Positions 49,801 to 64,000 of a DNA stretch of 64,000 bases are shown here, piece by piece (within the stretch, counting starts at the first letter, position 1; every line of letters starts with the position of its first letter). The DNA comes from Bugula neritina (Eukaryota > Animalia > Bryozoa). The notes beneath the pieces are model-generated. The model was not told where the DNA came from and ran no database searches. It saw nothing but the letters and a program-made list of their open reading frames with translations. The position numbers and the translations under genes were made by a program. The stretch lies in NCBI GenBank assembly GCA_964035545.1, contig OZ037768.1, positions 15,483,875 through 15,547,874 of the forward strand, in the 5' to 3' direction.

Positions 49801-52800
49801 AATGTGCTAAAACATGCCCAAATTTACTAAATTGAGCCAAATATGCTAACAGTACTTATTTGTGCCCAGAAGTTCTGAACGTGCCCAGTAGTGCTAAAAC
49901 TAGAACAAGTGTGCTCAACAGTGCCCAATTGGGCTAAAACATGCCCAAAAGTACTAAATTGAGCCAAATATGGTTATAGTACCAATAAGTGCCCAGAGGT
50001 TCTGAGACGTGCCCAATAGTGCTAAAAGTAGAACTGCTGTGCTTAACAGTGCCCAAATGTGCTAAAACATGCCAAGATGTTCTAAATTGAGCTAAACATG
50101 CTTGCAGTACCTATTAGTGCATAGAATTTCTGAAACGTGCCGTATAGTGCTAAAACTAGAACAAGTGTGCTCAACAGTGCCCAAATATGCTAAAACATGC
50201 CCAAATGTGCTAAAACATACCCGAATACACTGACTTGAGCCAATTGAGCAAAAGGTACCGATTAATGCCCAGAGGTTCTCAAACGTGCCCCATAGTGCTG
50301 ATATAGAACCAGTGTGCTTAACAGCGCCCAAATGTGCTCAAACGTGCCCAAATGTGCTAAAATGTGCCGAATATACTAATCGCACCAACAACCGCCAAAA
50401 AGTTCTGAAACGTGCCCAATAGTGCTCATAGTAGAACTACTGTGCTTAGCAGTGCCCAAATCTCCTAAAAGATGCCAAAACGTGCGAAATTGAGCCAAAT
50501 AAGCTAATAGTACCAATAAGTGCCCAGAGGTTCTGACACGTGCCCAATAGTGCTAATAGTAGAACTGCTGTGCTTAACAGTGCCCAAATGTGCTAAAACA
50601 TTCCCAAATGTGCTAAAACATGCCCAAATTTACTAAATTGAGCCAAATATGCTAATAGTACTTATATGTGCCCAGAAGTTCTGAACGTGCCCAGTAGTGC
50701 TAAAACTAGAACAAGTGTGCTCAACAGTGCCCAATTGGGCTAAAACATGCCCAAATGTACTAAATTGAGCCAAATATGGTTATAGTACCAATAAGTGCCC
50801 AGAGGTTCTGAGACGTGCCCAATAGTGCTAAAAGTAGAACTGCTGTGCTTAACAGTGCCCAAATGTGCTAAAACATGCCAAGATGTTCTAAATTGAGCTA
50901 AACATGCTTGCAGTACCTATTAGTGCATAGAGTTTCTGAAACGTGCCGTATAGTGCTAAAACTAGAACAAGTGTGCTCAACAGTGCCCAAATATGCTAAA
51001 ACATGCCCAAATGTGCTAAAACATGCCCGAATATACTAACTTGAGCCAAATGAGCTAATAGTACCAATAAGTGCCCAGAGATTCTGAAACGTGCATAAGA
51101 GTGCTGATAGAAGAACTACTGTGCTTAACAGTGCCCAAATCTGTTAAAACATTCCCAAATGGGCTAAAACATGCCGAAACATGCGAAATTGAGCCAAACA
51201 TGCTAATAGTACCAATAAGTGCCCAGAGGTTCTGACAAGTGCCCAATAGTGCTAATAGTAGAACTGCTGTGCCTAACAGTGCCCAAATGTGCTAAAACAT
51301 TCCCAAATGGGCTAAAACATGCCCAAGTTTACTAAATTGAGCCAAATATGCTAATAGTACCTATTTGTGCCCAGAAGTTCTGAACGTGCCCAGTAGGGCT
51401 AAAACTAGAACAAGTGTGCTCAACAGTGCCCAATTGGGCTAAAACATGCCCAAATGTACTAAATTGAGCCAAATATGGTCATAGTACCAATAAGTGCCCA
51501 GAGGTTCTGAGACATGCCCAATAGTGCTAATAGTAGAACTGCTGTGCTTAACAGTGCCCAAATGTGCTAAAACATGCCCGAATACACTGACTTGAGCCGA
51601 ATGAGCTAATAGTAGCAATAAATGCCCAGAGGTTCTGAAACGTGCCCAATAGCGCTAATAGTAGAACAAGTGTGCTCAACAGTGCCCAAATGGGCTAAAA
51701 CATGCCAAAATGCACTAAATTGAGCCAAATATGCTAATAGTACCAATAAATGCCCAGAGGTTTTCAAACGTGCCCCATAGTGCTGATAAAGAACTAGTGT
51801 GCTTAACAGCGCCCAAATGTGCTCAAACGTGCCCAAATGTGCTAAAATGTGCCGAATATACTAATCGCACCAACAACCGCCAAGAATTTCTGAAGCGTGC
51901 CCAATAGTGCTAATAGTAGAACTGGTGTGCTTAACAGTGCCCTAATCTGTTAAAACATTCCCAAATGGGCTAAAACATGCCCAAATGTTCTAACTTGAGC
52001 CAAATGAGCTAATAGTACCAATAAATTCCCAGAGGGTCTGAAACGTGCCCAATAGCGCTAGTAGTAGAACTACTGTGCTTAGCAGTGCCCAAATGTCCTA
52101 AAAGATGCCAAAACGTGCGAAATTGAGCCAAATAAGCTAATAGTACCAATAAGTGCCCAGAGGTTCTGACACGTGCCCAATAGTGCTAATAGAAGAACTG
52201 CTGTACTTAACAGTGCCCAAATGTGCTAAAACCTTCCCAAATGTACTAAATTGAGCCAAATATGCTAATAGTACCAATAAGTGCCCAGAGATTCTGAAAC
52301 GTGCCCAATAGTGCTAAAACTAGAGCAAGTGTGCTCAACAGTGCCCAAATTAGCTAAAACATGCCCAAATGTACTAAAACATGCCCGAACAGACTGACTT
52401 GAGCCGAATGAGCTAAGAGTACCAATAAATGCCCAGAGGTTCTGAAACGTGCCCAATAGCGCTAATAGTAGAACAAGTGTGCTCAACAGTGCCCAAATGG
52501 GCTGAAACACGCCCAAATGTACTAAATTGAGCCAAATATACTAATAGTACCAATAAGTGCCAAGAGGTTCTGAAATGTGCATAAGAGTGCTTATAGTAGA
52601 ACTAGTGTGCTTAACAGTGCCCAAATCTGCTAAAACGTGCCCAAATGTGCTAAAATGGGCCGAATATACTAATCGCACCAACAACCGCCAAGAGGTTCTG
52701 AAACGTGCAAAATAATGCTAATAGTAGAACTGGTGTGCTTAACAGTGCGCAAATCTGCTAAAACATTCCCAAATGGGCTAAAACATGCCCACATGTACTA

Positions 52801-55800
52801 ATTTGAGCCAAACATGCTAATAGTACTAATAGGTGCCCAGAGGTTCTGAAACGTGCCCAATAGCGCTAATAGTAAAACTAGTGTGCTTAAAAGTGCCCAA
52901 ATTTCCTAAAACATGCCAAGATGTGCTAAATTGAGCCAAACATGCTTACAGTACCTATTAGTGCATAGAAATTCTGAAACGTGCCGTATAGTGCTAAAAC
53001 TAGAACAAGTGTGCTCAACAGTGCCCAAATGTGCTAAAACATGCCCAAATGTGCTAAAACATGCCCGAATACACTGACTTGAGCCGAATGAGCTAATAGT
53101 AGCAATTAATGCCCAGAGGTTCTGAAACGTGCCCAATAGCGCTAATAGTAGAACAAGTGTGCTCAACAGTGCCCAAATGGGCTAAAACATGCCAAAATGT
53201 ACTAAATTGAGCCAAATATGCTAATAGTACCAATAAGTGCCCAGAGGTTCTGAAACGTGGCCAATAGTGCCAATAGTAGTTCTAGTGTGCTTAAATATGC
53301 CCAAATGTCCTAAAATGTGCCAAAATGTGCTAAATTGAGCCAAACATGCTTACAGTACCTATTAGTGCCCAGAAGTTCTGAAACTAGCCGTATAATGCTA
53401 AAACTAAAACAAGTGTTCTCAACAGTGCCCAAATGTGCTAAAACATGCCCAAATGTGCTAAAACATGCCCGAATACACTGACTTGAGCCGAATGAGCTAA
53501 TAGTAGCAATAAATGCCCAGAGGTTCTGAAACGTGCCCAATAGCGCTAATAGTAGAACAAGTGTGCTCAACAGTGCCCAAATGTCCTAAAACATGCACAA
53601 ATGTGCTAAAACATGCCCAAATGTGTTAACTCGAACCAAATATACTAATAGTATCATTAAGTGCATAGAGGTTCTGAAAGGTGCCCAATAGTGCTGATAG
53701 TAGAACTAGTGCGCTTGACAGCGCACAAATGTGCTAAAACATGCCTAAATGTGCTAAATTGAGCTAAATATGCTAATATAACCAATAAGTGCCCAAAAGT
53801 TCTAAAATGGCCCAATAGTGCTATTAGTAGAACTAGTGTTCTTAACAGTGCCCAAATGTCCTAAAACAATCCCCACTGTGCTAAAACATGCCCAAATATG
53901 CTAAATTTAGCCAATTACATTTATAGCACCAATAATCGCCCAGAGGTTCTGAATCGTGCCCAATAGTGCTAATAGTAGAACTAGTGTGCTTAACAGTGCC
54001 CAAATGTCCTGAACATGCCAAAATGTGCTAAATTGAGCAAAACATGCTGATAGTACCTATTAGTGCCCAGAATTTCTGAAACGTGCCCGATAGTGCTAAA
54101 ACTAGAGCAAGTGCGCTCAACAGTGCCCAAATTAGCTAAAACATGCCCAAATGTACTAAATTGAGCCTAATTGGGTAATAGTACCAATAAGTGCCCAGAG
54201 GTTCTGAATCGTGCCCAATAGTGCTAATAGTCGAACTAGTGTGCTTAACAGTGCCCAAATATCCTAAAACATTCCCCACTCTGCTAAAACATGCCGAAAT
54301 GTACTAAATTGAGCCTAATTGGGTAATAGTACCAATAAGTGCCCAGAGGTTCTGAAAGGTGCCCAATAGTACTGATAGTAGAACTTGTGCGCTTGACAGT
54401 GCACAAATGAGCTAAAACATTCCCAAATGTGCTAAATTGAGCTAAATATGTCAACAATACCAATAAGTGCCTATAGGTTCTGAAACGTGCCCAATAGTGC
54501 TGATAGTAGAACTGGTGTGCTTAACAGTGCCCAAATGTGCTAAAAGCTTTACCAATGTTTTAAAACATGCCAAAATGTATTAAAGTTAGCCAATTATGCT
54601 AATAACACCAATACGTGCCAAGAGGTTCTGAATCGTGCCCAATAGTGCTGATAGTAGAACTACTGTGCTTAACAGTGCCCAAATCTGTTAAAACATTCCC
54701 AAATGGGCTAAAACATCCCCAAATTTACTAAATTGAGCCAAATATGCTAATAGTACTTATTTGTGCCCCGAAGTTCTGAACATGCCCAGTAGTGCTAAAA
54801 CTAGAACAAGTGTGCTCAACAGTGCCCAATTGGGCTAAAACATGCCCAAATGTACTAAATTGAGCCAAAATATAGTTATAGTACTAATAAGTGCCCAGAG
54901 GTTCTGAGACGTGCCCAATAGTGCTAATAGTAGAACTGCTGTGCTTAACGGTGCCCAAATGTGCCAAAACATGCCAAGATGTTCTAATTTGAGCTAAACA
55001 TGCTTGCAGTACCTATTAGTGCGTAGAAATTCTGAAACGTGCCGTATAGTGCTAAAACTAGAACAAGTGTGCTCAACAGTGCCCAAATGTGCTAAAACAT
55101 GCCCAAATGTGCTAAAACATGCCCGAATATACTAACTTGAGCCAAATGAGCTAATAGTACCAATAAATGCCCACAGGGTCTGAAACGTGCCCAATAGCGC
55201 TAATAGTAGAACTACTGTGCTTAGCAGTGCCCAAATCTCCTAAAAGATGCCAAAACGTGCGAAATTGAGCCAAATAAGCTAATAGTACCAATAAGTGCCA
55301 AGAAGTTCTGACACGTGCCCAATAGTGCTAATAGTAGAACTGCTGTGCTTAACAGTGCCCAAAAGTGCTAAAACATTCCCAAATGGCCTAAAACATGCCC
55401 AAACTTACTAAATCGAGCCAAACATGCTAATAGTACTTATTTGTGCCCAGAAGTTCTGAACGTGCCCAGTAGTGCTAAAACCAGAGCAAGTGTGCTCAAC
55501 AGTGCCCAGATTAGCTAACACATGCCCAAATGTACTAAATTGAGCGAAATATGCTAATAGTACCAATAAGTGCCCAGAGGTTCTGAAATGTGCATAACAG
55601 TGTTGATAGTAGAACTAGTGTGCTTAACAGTGCCCAAGTCTGCTACAACATTCTCAAATGGGCTAAAACATGCCCAAATGTACTAAATTGAGCCAAATAT
55701 GTTAATAGTACCAATGAGTGCCCAGAGGTTCTGAAACGTGGCCAATAGTGCCAATAGTAGTTCTAGTCTGCTTAAAGATGCCCAAATGTCCTAAAATATG

Positions 55801-58800
55801 CCAAAATGTGCTAAATTGAGCCAAACATGCTTACAGTACCTATTAGTGCCAAGAATCTCTGAAACTAGCCGTATAATGCTAAAACTAAAACAAGTGTTCT
55901 CAACAGTGCCCAAATGTACTAAAACATGCCCAAATGTGCTAAAACATACCCAAATACAATGACTTGAGCCGATTGAGCTAACAGTAGCAATAAATGCCCA
56001 GAGGTTCTGAAACGTGCCCAATAGCGCTAGTAGTAGAACAAGTGTGCTCAACAGTGCCCAAATGGGCTAAAACATGCCCAAATGTACTAAATTGAGCCAA
56101 ATATGCTAATAGTACCAATAAATGCCCAGAGGTTTTTCAAACGTGCCCAATAGTGCTGATATAGAATTAGTGTGCTTAACAGCGCCCAAATGTGCTCAAA
56201 CGTACCCAAATGTGCTAAAATGGGCCGAGTATACTAATTGCACCAACAACCGCCAAGAGGTTCTGAAACGTGCCCAATAGTGCTAATAGTAGAACTGGTG
56301 TGCTTAACAGTGCCCAAATCTGTTAAAACATTCCCAAATGGGCTAAAACATGCCCAAATGTACTAAATTGAGCCAAACATGCTAATAGTACCAATAGGTG
56401 CCCAGAGTTTCTGAAACGTGCCCAATAGTGCTAATAGTAAAACTAGTATGCCTAAAAGTCCCCAAATGTCCTAAAACATGCCAAAACGTGCGAAATTAAG
56501 CCAAACATGCTGATAGTACCAATAAGTGCCCAGAAGTTCTGACACGTGCCCAATAGTGCTAATAGTAGAACTGCTGTGCTTAACAGTGCCCAAATGTGCT
56601 AAAACATGCCCAAATGTGCTAAAACATACCCGAATACACTGACTTGAGCCAATTGAGCAAAAGGTACCAATTAATGCCCAGAGGTTCTCAAACGTGCCCC
56701 ATAGTGCTGATATGGAACTAGTGTGCTTAACAGCGCCCAAATGTGCTCAAACGTGCCCAAATGTGCTAAAATGTGCCGAATATACTAATCGCACCAACAA
56801 CCGCCAAAAAGTTCTGAAACGTGCCCAATAGTGCTCATAGTTGAACTACTGTGCTTAGCAGTGCCCAAATCTCCTAAAAGATGCCAAAACGTGCGAAATT
56901 GAGCCAAATAAGCTAATAGTACCAATAAGTGCCCAGAGGTTCTGACACGTGCCCAATAGTGCTAATAGTAGAACTGCTGTGCTTAACAGTGCCCAAATGT
57001 GCTAAAACATTCCCAAATGTGCTAAAACATGCCCAAATTTACTAAATTGAGCCAAATATGCTAACAGTACTTATTTGTGCCCAGAAGTTCTGAACGTGCC
57101 CAGTAGTGCTAAAACTAGAACAAGTGTGCTCAACAGTGCCCAAATATGCTAAAACATGCCCAAATGTGCTAAAACATACCCGAATACACTGACTTGAGCC
57201 AATTGAGCAAAAGGTACCGATTAATGCCCAGAGGTTCTCAAACGTGCCCCATAGTGCTGATATAGAACCAGTGTGCTTAACAGCGCCCAAATGTGCTCAA
57301 ACGTGCCCAAATGTGCTAAAATGTGCCGAATATACTAATCGCACCAACAACCGCCAAAAAGTTCTGAAACGTGCCCAATAGTGCTCATAGTAGAACTACT
57401 GTGCTTAGCAGTGCCCAAATCTCCTAAAAGATGCCAAAACGTGCGAAATTGAGCCAAATAAGCTAATAGTACCAATAAGTGCCCAGAGGTTCTGACACGT
57501 GCCCAATAGTGCTAATAGTAGAACTGCTGTGCTTAACAGTGCCCAAATGTGCTAAAACATTCCCAAATGTGCTAAAACATGCCCAAATTTACTAAATTGA
57601 GCCAAATATGCTAATAGTACTTATATGTGCCCAGAAGTTCTGAACGTGCCCAGTAGTGCTAAAACTAGAACAAGTGTGCTCAACAGTGCCCAATTGGGCT
57701 AAAACATGCCCAAATGTACTAAATTGAGCCAAATATGGTTATAGTACCAATAAGTGCCCAGAGGTTCTGAGACGTGCCCAATAGTGCTAAAAGTAGAACT
57801 GCTGTGCTTAACAGTGCCCAAATGTGCTAAAACATGCCAAGATGTTCTAAATTGAGCTAAACATGCTTGCAGTACCTATTAGTGCATAGAATTTCTGAAA
57901 CGTGCCGTATAGTGCTAAAACTAGAACAAGTGTGCTCAACAGTGCCCAAATATGCTAAAACATGCCCAAATGTGCTAAAACATGCCCGAATATACTAACT
58001 TGAGCCAAATGAGCTAATAGTACCAATAAGTGCCCAGAGATTCTGAAACGTGCATAAGAGTGCTGATAGAAGAACTACTGTGCTTAACAGTGCCCAAATC
58101 TGTTAAAACATTCCCAAATGGGCTAAAACATGCCGAAACATGCGAAATTGAGCCAAACATGCTAATAGTACCAATAAGTGCCCAGAGGTTCTGACAAGTG
58201 CCCAATAGTGCTAATAGTAGAACTGCTGTGCCTAACAGTGCCCAAATGTGCTAAAACATTCCCAAATGGGCTAAAACATGCCCAAGTTTACTAAATTGAG
58301 CCAAATATGCTAATAGTACCTATTTGTGCCCAGAAGTTCTGAACGTGCCCAGTAGGGCTAAAACTAGAACAAGTGTGCTCAACAGTGCCCAATTGGGCTA
58401 AAACATGCCCAAATGTACTAAATTGAGCCAAATATGGTCATAGTACCAATAAGTGCCCAGAGGTTCTGAGACATGCCCAATAGTGCTAATAGTAGAACTG
58501 CTGTGCTTAACAGTGCCCAAATGTGCTAAAACATGCCCGAATACACTGACTTGAGCCGAATGAGCTAATAGTAGCAATAAATGCCCAGAGGTTCTGAAAC
58601 GTGCCCAATAGCGCTAATAGTAGAACAAGTGTGCTCAACAGTGCCCAAATGGGCTAAAACATGCCAAAATGCACTAAATTGAGCCAAATATGCTAATAGT
58701 ACCAATAAATGCCCAGAGGTTTTCAAACGTGCCCCATAGTGCTGATAAAGAACTAGTGTGCTTAACAGCGCCCAAATGTGCTCAAACGTGCCCAAATGTG

Positions 58801-61800
58801 CTAAAATGTGCCGAATATACTAATCGCACCAACAACCGCCAAGAATTTCTGAAGCGTGCCCAATAGTGCTAATAGTAGAACTGGTGTGCTTAACAGTGCC
58901 CTAATCTGTTAAAACATTCCCAAATGGGCTAAAACATGCCCAAATGTTCTAACTTGAGCCAAATGAGCTAATAGTACCAATAAATTCCCAGAGGGTCTGA
59001 AACGTGCCCAATAGCGCTAGTAGTAGAACTACTGTGCTTAGCAGTGCCCAAATGTCCTAAAAGATGCCAAAACGTGCGAAATTGAGCCAAATAAGCTAAT
59101 AGTACCAATAAGTGCCCAGAGGTTCTGACACGTGCCCAATAGTGCTAATAGTAGAACTGCTGTACTTAACAGTGCCCAAATGTGCTAAAACCTTCCCAAA
59201 TGTACTAAATTGAGCCAAATATGCTAATAGTACCAATAAGTGCCCAGAGATTCTGAAACGTGCCCAATAGTGCTAAAACTAGAGCAAGTGTGCTCAACAG
59301 TGCCCAAATTAGCTAAAACATGCCCAAATGTACTAAAACATGCCCGAACAGACTGACTTGAGCCGAATGAGCTAAGAGTACCAATAAATGCCCAGAGGTT
59401 CTGAAACGTGCCCAATAGCGCTAATAGTAGAACAAGTGTGCTCAACAGTGCCCAAATGGGCTGAAACACGCCCAAATGTACTAAATTGAGCCAAATATAC
59501 TAATAGTACCAATAAGTGCCAAGAGGTTCTGAAATGTGCATAAGAGTGCTTATAGTAGAACTAGTGTGCTTAACAGTGCCCAAATCTGCTAAAACGTGCC
59601 CAAATGTGCTAAAATGGGCCGAATATACTAATCGCACCAACAACCGCCAAGAGGTTCTGAAACGTGCAAAATAATGCTAATAGTAGAACTGGTGTGCTTA
59701 ACAGTGCGCAAATCTGCTAAAACATTCCCAAATGGGCTAAAACATGCCCACATGTACTAATTTGAGCCAAACATGCTAATAGTACCAATAGGTGCCCAGA
59801 GGTTCTGAAACGTGCCCAATAGCGCTAATAGTAAAACTAGTGTGCTTAAAAGTGCCCAAATGTCCTAAAACATGCCAAAATGTGCTAAATTTAGCCAAAC
59901 ATGCTTACAGTACCTATTAGTGCATAGAAACTCTGAAACATGCCCAATAGTGCTAAAACTAGAGCAAGTGTGCTCAGCAGCGCCCAAATGTGCTCAAACG
60001 TGCCCAAATGTGCTAAAATGGGCTGAATATACTAATCGCACCAACAACCGCCAAGAGGTTCTGAAACGTCACCAATAGTGCTAATAGTAAAACTAGTGTG
60101 CTTAAAAGTGCCCAAATTTCCTAAAACATGCCAAGATGTGCTAAATTGAGCCAAACATGCTTACAGTACCTATTAGTGCATAGAAATTCTGAAACGTGCC
60201 GTATAGTGCTAAAACTAGAACAAGTGTGCTCAACAGTGCCCAAATGTGCTAAAACATGCCCAAATGTGCTAAAACATGCCCGAATACACTGACTTGAGCC
60301 GAATGAGCTAATAGTAGCAATTAATGCCCAGAGGTTCTGAAACGTGCCCAATAGCGCTAATAGTAGAACAAGTGTGCTCAACAGTGCCCAAATGGGCTAA
60401 AACATGCCAAAATGTACTAAATTGAGCCAAATATGCTAATAGTACCAATAAGTGCCCAGAGGTTCTGAAACGTGGCCAATAGTGCCAATAGTAGTTCTAG
60501 TGTGCTTAAATATGCCCAAATGTCCTAAAATGTGCCAAAATGTGCTAAATTGAGCCAAACATGCTTACAGTACCTATTAGTGCCCAGAAGTTCTGAAACT
60601 AGCCGTATAATGCTAAAACTAAAACAAGTGTTCTCAACAGTGCCCAAATGTGCTAAAACATGCCCAAATGTGCTAAAACATGCCCGAATACACTGACTTG
60701 AGCCGAATGAGCTAATAGTAGCAATAAATGCCCAGAGGTTCTGAAACGTGCCCAATAGCGCTAATAGTAGAACAAGTGTGCTCAACAGTGCCCAAATGTC
60801 CTAAAACATGCACAAATGTGCTAAAACATGCCCAAATGTGTTAACTCGAACCAAATATACTAATAATATCATTAAGTGCATAGAGGTTCTGAAAGGTGCC
60901 CAATAGTGCTGATAGTAGAACTAGTGCGCTTGACAGCGCACAAATGTGCTAAAACATGCCTAAATGTGCTAAATTGAGCTAAATATGCTAATATAACCAA
61001 TAAGTGCCCAAAAGTTCTAAAATGGCCCAATAGTGCTATTAGTAGAACTAGTGTTCTTAACAGTGCCCAAATGTCCTAAAACAATCCCCACTGTGCTAAA
61101 ACATGCCCAAATATGCTAAATTTAGCCAATTACATTTATAGCACCAATAATCGCCCAGAGGTTCTGAATCGTGCCCAATAGTGCTAATAGTAGAACTAGT
61201 GTGCTTAACAGTGCCCAAATGTCCTGAACATGCCAAAATGTGCTAAATTGAGCAAAACATGCTGATAGTACCTATTAGTGCCCAGAATTTCTGAAACGTG
61301 CCCGATAGTGCTAAAACTAGAGCAAGTGCGCTCAACAGTGCCCAAATTAGCTAAAACATGCCCAAATGTACTAAATTGAGCCTAATTGGGTAATAGTACC
61401 AATAAGTGCCCAGAGGTTCTGAATCGTGCCCAATAGTGCTAATAGTCGAACTAGTGTGCTTAACAGTGCCCAAATATCCTGAAACATTCCCCACTCTGCT
61501 AAAACATGCCGAAATGTACTAAATTGAGCCTAATTGGGTAATAGTACCAATAAGTGCCCAGAGGTTCTGAAAGGTGCCCAATAGTACTGATAGTAGAACT
61601 TGTGCGCTTGACAGTGCACAAATGAGCTAAAACATTCCCAAATGTGCTAAATTGAGCTAAATATGTCAACAATACCAATAAGTGCCCATAGGTTCTGAAA
61701 CGTGCCCAATAGTGCTGATAGTAGAACTGGTGTGCTTAACAGTGCCCAAATGTGCTAAAAGCTTTACCAATGTTTTAAAACATGCCAAAATGTATTAAAG

Positions 61801-64000
61801 TTAGCCAATTATGCTAATAACACCAATACGTGCCAAGAGGTTCTGAATCGTGCCCAATAGTGCTGATAGTAGAACTACTGTGCTTAACAGTGCCCAAATC
61901 TGTTAAAACACTCCCAAATGGGCTAAAACATCCCCAAATTTACTAAATTGAGCCAAATATGCTAATAGTACTTATTTGTGCCCCGAAGTTCTGAATGTGC
62001 CCAGTAGTGCTAAAACTAGAACAAGTGTGCTCAACAGTGCCCAATTGGGCTAAAACATGCCCAAATGTACTAAATTAAGCCAAATATGGTTATAGTACCA
62101 ATAAGTGCTCAGAGGTTCTGAGACGTGCCCAATAGTGCTAATAGTAGAACTGCTGTGCTTAACAGTGCCCAGATTAGCTAACACATGCCCAAATGTACTA
62201 AATTGAGCGAAATATGCTAATAGTACCAATAAGTGCCCAGAGGTTCTGAAATGTGCATAAGAGTGCTGATAGTAGAACTAGTGTGCTTAACAGTGCCCAA
62301 ATCTGCTACAACATTCTCAAATGGGCTAAAACATGCCCAAATGTACTAAATTGAGCCAAATATGTTAATAGTACCAATAAGTGCCCAGAGGTTCTGAAAC
62401 GTGGCCAAAAGTGCCAATAGTAGTTCTAGTGTGCTTAAAGATGCCCAAATGTCCTAAATTATGCCAAAATGTGCTAAATTGAGCCAAACATGCCTACAGT
62501 ACCTATTAGTGCCCAGAATCTCTGAAACTAGCCGTATAATGCTAAAACTAAAACAAGTGTTCTCAACAGTGCCCAAATGTGCTAAAACATGCCCAAATGT
62601 GCTAAAACATGCCCGAATACACTGACTTGAGCCGAATGAGCTAATAGTAGCAATAAATGCCCAGAGGTTCTGAAACGTGCCCAATAGCGCTAATAGTAGA
62701 ACTAGTGTGCTCAACAGTGCCCAAATGGGCTAAAACATGCCAAAATGTACTAAATTGAGCCAAATATGCTAATAGTACCAATAAATGCCCAGAGGTTTTC
62801 AAACGTGCCCCATAGTGCTGATATAGAACTAGTGTGCTTAACAGCGCCCAAATGTGCTCAAACGTGCCCAAATGTGCTAAAATGTGCCGAGTATACTAAT
62901 CGCACCAACAACCGCCAAGAGGTTCTGAAACGTGCAAAATAATGCTAATAGTAGAACTGGTGTGCTTAACAGTGCCAAAATCTGCTAAAACATTCCCAAA
63001 TGGGCTAAAACATGCCCACATGTACTAAATTGAGCCAAACATGCTAATAGTACCAATAGGTGCCCAGAGGTTCTGAAACGTGCCCAATAGTGCTAATAGT
63101 AGAACTAGTGTGCTTAACAGTGCCCAAATGTCCTGAACATGCCAAAATGTGCTAAATTGAGCAAAACATGCTGATAGTACCTATTAGTGCCCAGAATTTC
63201 TGAAACGTGCCCGATAGTGCTAAAACTAGAGCAAGTGCGCTCAACAGTGCCCAAATTAGCTAAAACATGCCCAAATGTACTAAATTGAGCCTAATTGGGT
63301 AATAGTACCAATAAGTGCCCAGAGGTTCTGAATCGTGCCCAATAGTGCTAATAGTCGAACTAGTGTGCTTAACAGTGCCCAAATATCCTAAAACATTCCC
63401 CACTCTGCTAAAACATGCCGAAATGTACTAAATTGAGCCTAATTGGGTAATAGTACCAATAAGTGCCCAGAGGTTCTGAAAGGTGCCCAATAGTACTGAT
63501 AGTAGAACTTGTGCGCTTGACAGTGCACAAATGAGCTAAAACATTCCCAAATGTGCTAAATTGAGCTAAATATGTCAACAATACCAATAAGTGCCCATAG
63601 GTTCTGAAACGTGCCCAATAGTGCTGATAGTAGAACTGGTGTGCTTAACAGTGCCCAAATGTGCTAAAAGCTTTACCAATGTTTTAAAACATGCCAAAAT
63701 GTATTAAAGTTAGCCAATTATGCTAATAACACCAATACGTGCCAAGAGGTTCTGAATCGTGCCCAATAGTGCTGATAGTAGAACTACTGTGCTTAACAGT
63801 GCCCAAATCTGTTAAAACATTCCCAAATGGGCTAAAACATCCCCAAATTTACTAAATTGAGCCAAATATGCTAATAGTACTTATTTGTGCCCCGAAGTTC
63901 TGAATGTGCCCAGTAGTGCTAAAACTAGAACAAGTGTGCTCAACAGTGCCCAATTGGGCTAAAACATGCCCAAATGTACTAAATTAAGCCAAATATGGTT
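34855..64000. repeat. Tandem satellite, subfamily B, with higher-order repeats
   Basis: Monomer starts (TTGAG) at 34874, 35022 and 35150 give 148- and 128-bp spacing. Recurrent variant blocks occur at ~2184-bp and ~7215-bp offsets. Continues to the window end. Confidence 0.98.

Noticed and set aside
34855-64000. Dozens of 60-140 aa minus-strand ORFs (LGTVEHT/LLALLGTFQNLWA-type), also in 3273-18873
   Set aside because: They are translations of satellite monomers, mostly starting at non-ATG codons, with frame-breaking monomer lengths (128/148 bp) and no domain signal.

Overview
AT-rich, intron-containing eukaryotic (probably metazoan) heterochromatin-like window with no recognisable host gene. 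About two-thirds is one tandem satellite with 128/148-bp monomers built from ~10/20-bp subunits, two subfamilies and kb-scale higher-order duplications. Three transposable elements interrupt the satellite and one of them carries a nested insertion. (1) The end of a PIF/Harbinger-ISL2EU-like foldback element lies at 1-1030. (2) An intact, young Ty1/copia LTR retrotransposon lies at 10232-14724, with a 5-bp TSD and non-canonical TA...CA LTRs. (3) A 15.9-kb DNA transposon lies at 18958-34854, with short bipartite CACAGC TIRs and a 2-bp TSD. It encodes a ~16-exon, ~1150-1200 aa DDE transposase with RAG1/Transib/CMC-type motifs and a SAP-like insert, and it is frameshifted in this copy. (4) A complete second copy of the ISL2EU-like element is nested in (3) at 29338-32827. 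Element (3) is the best candidate for an undescribed system. Family assignments come from motif recognition by eye, not from database searches.
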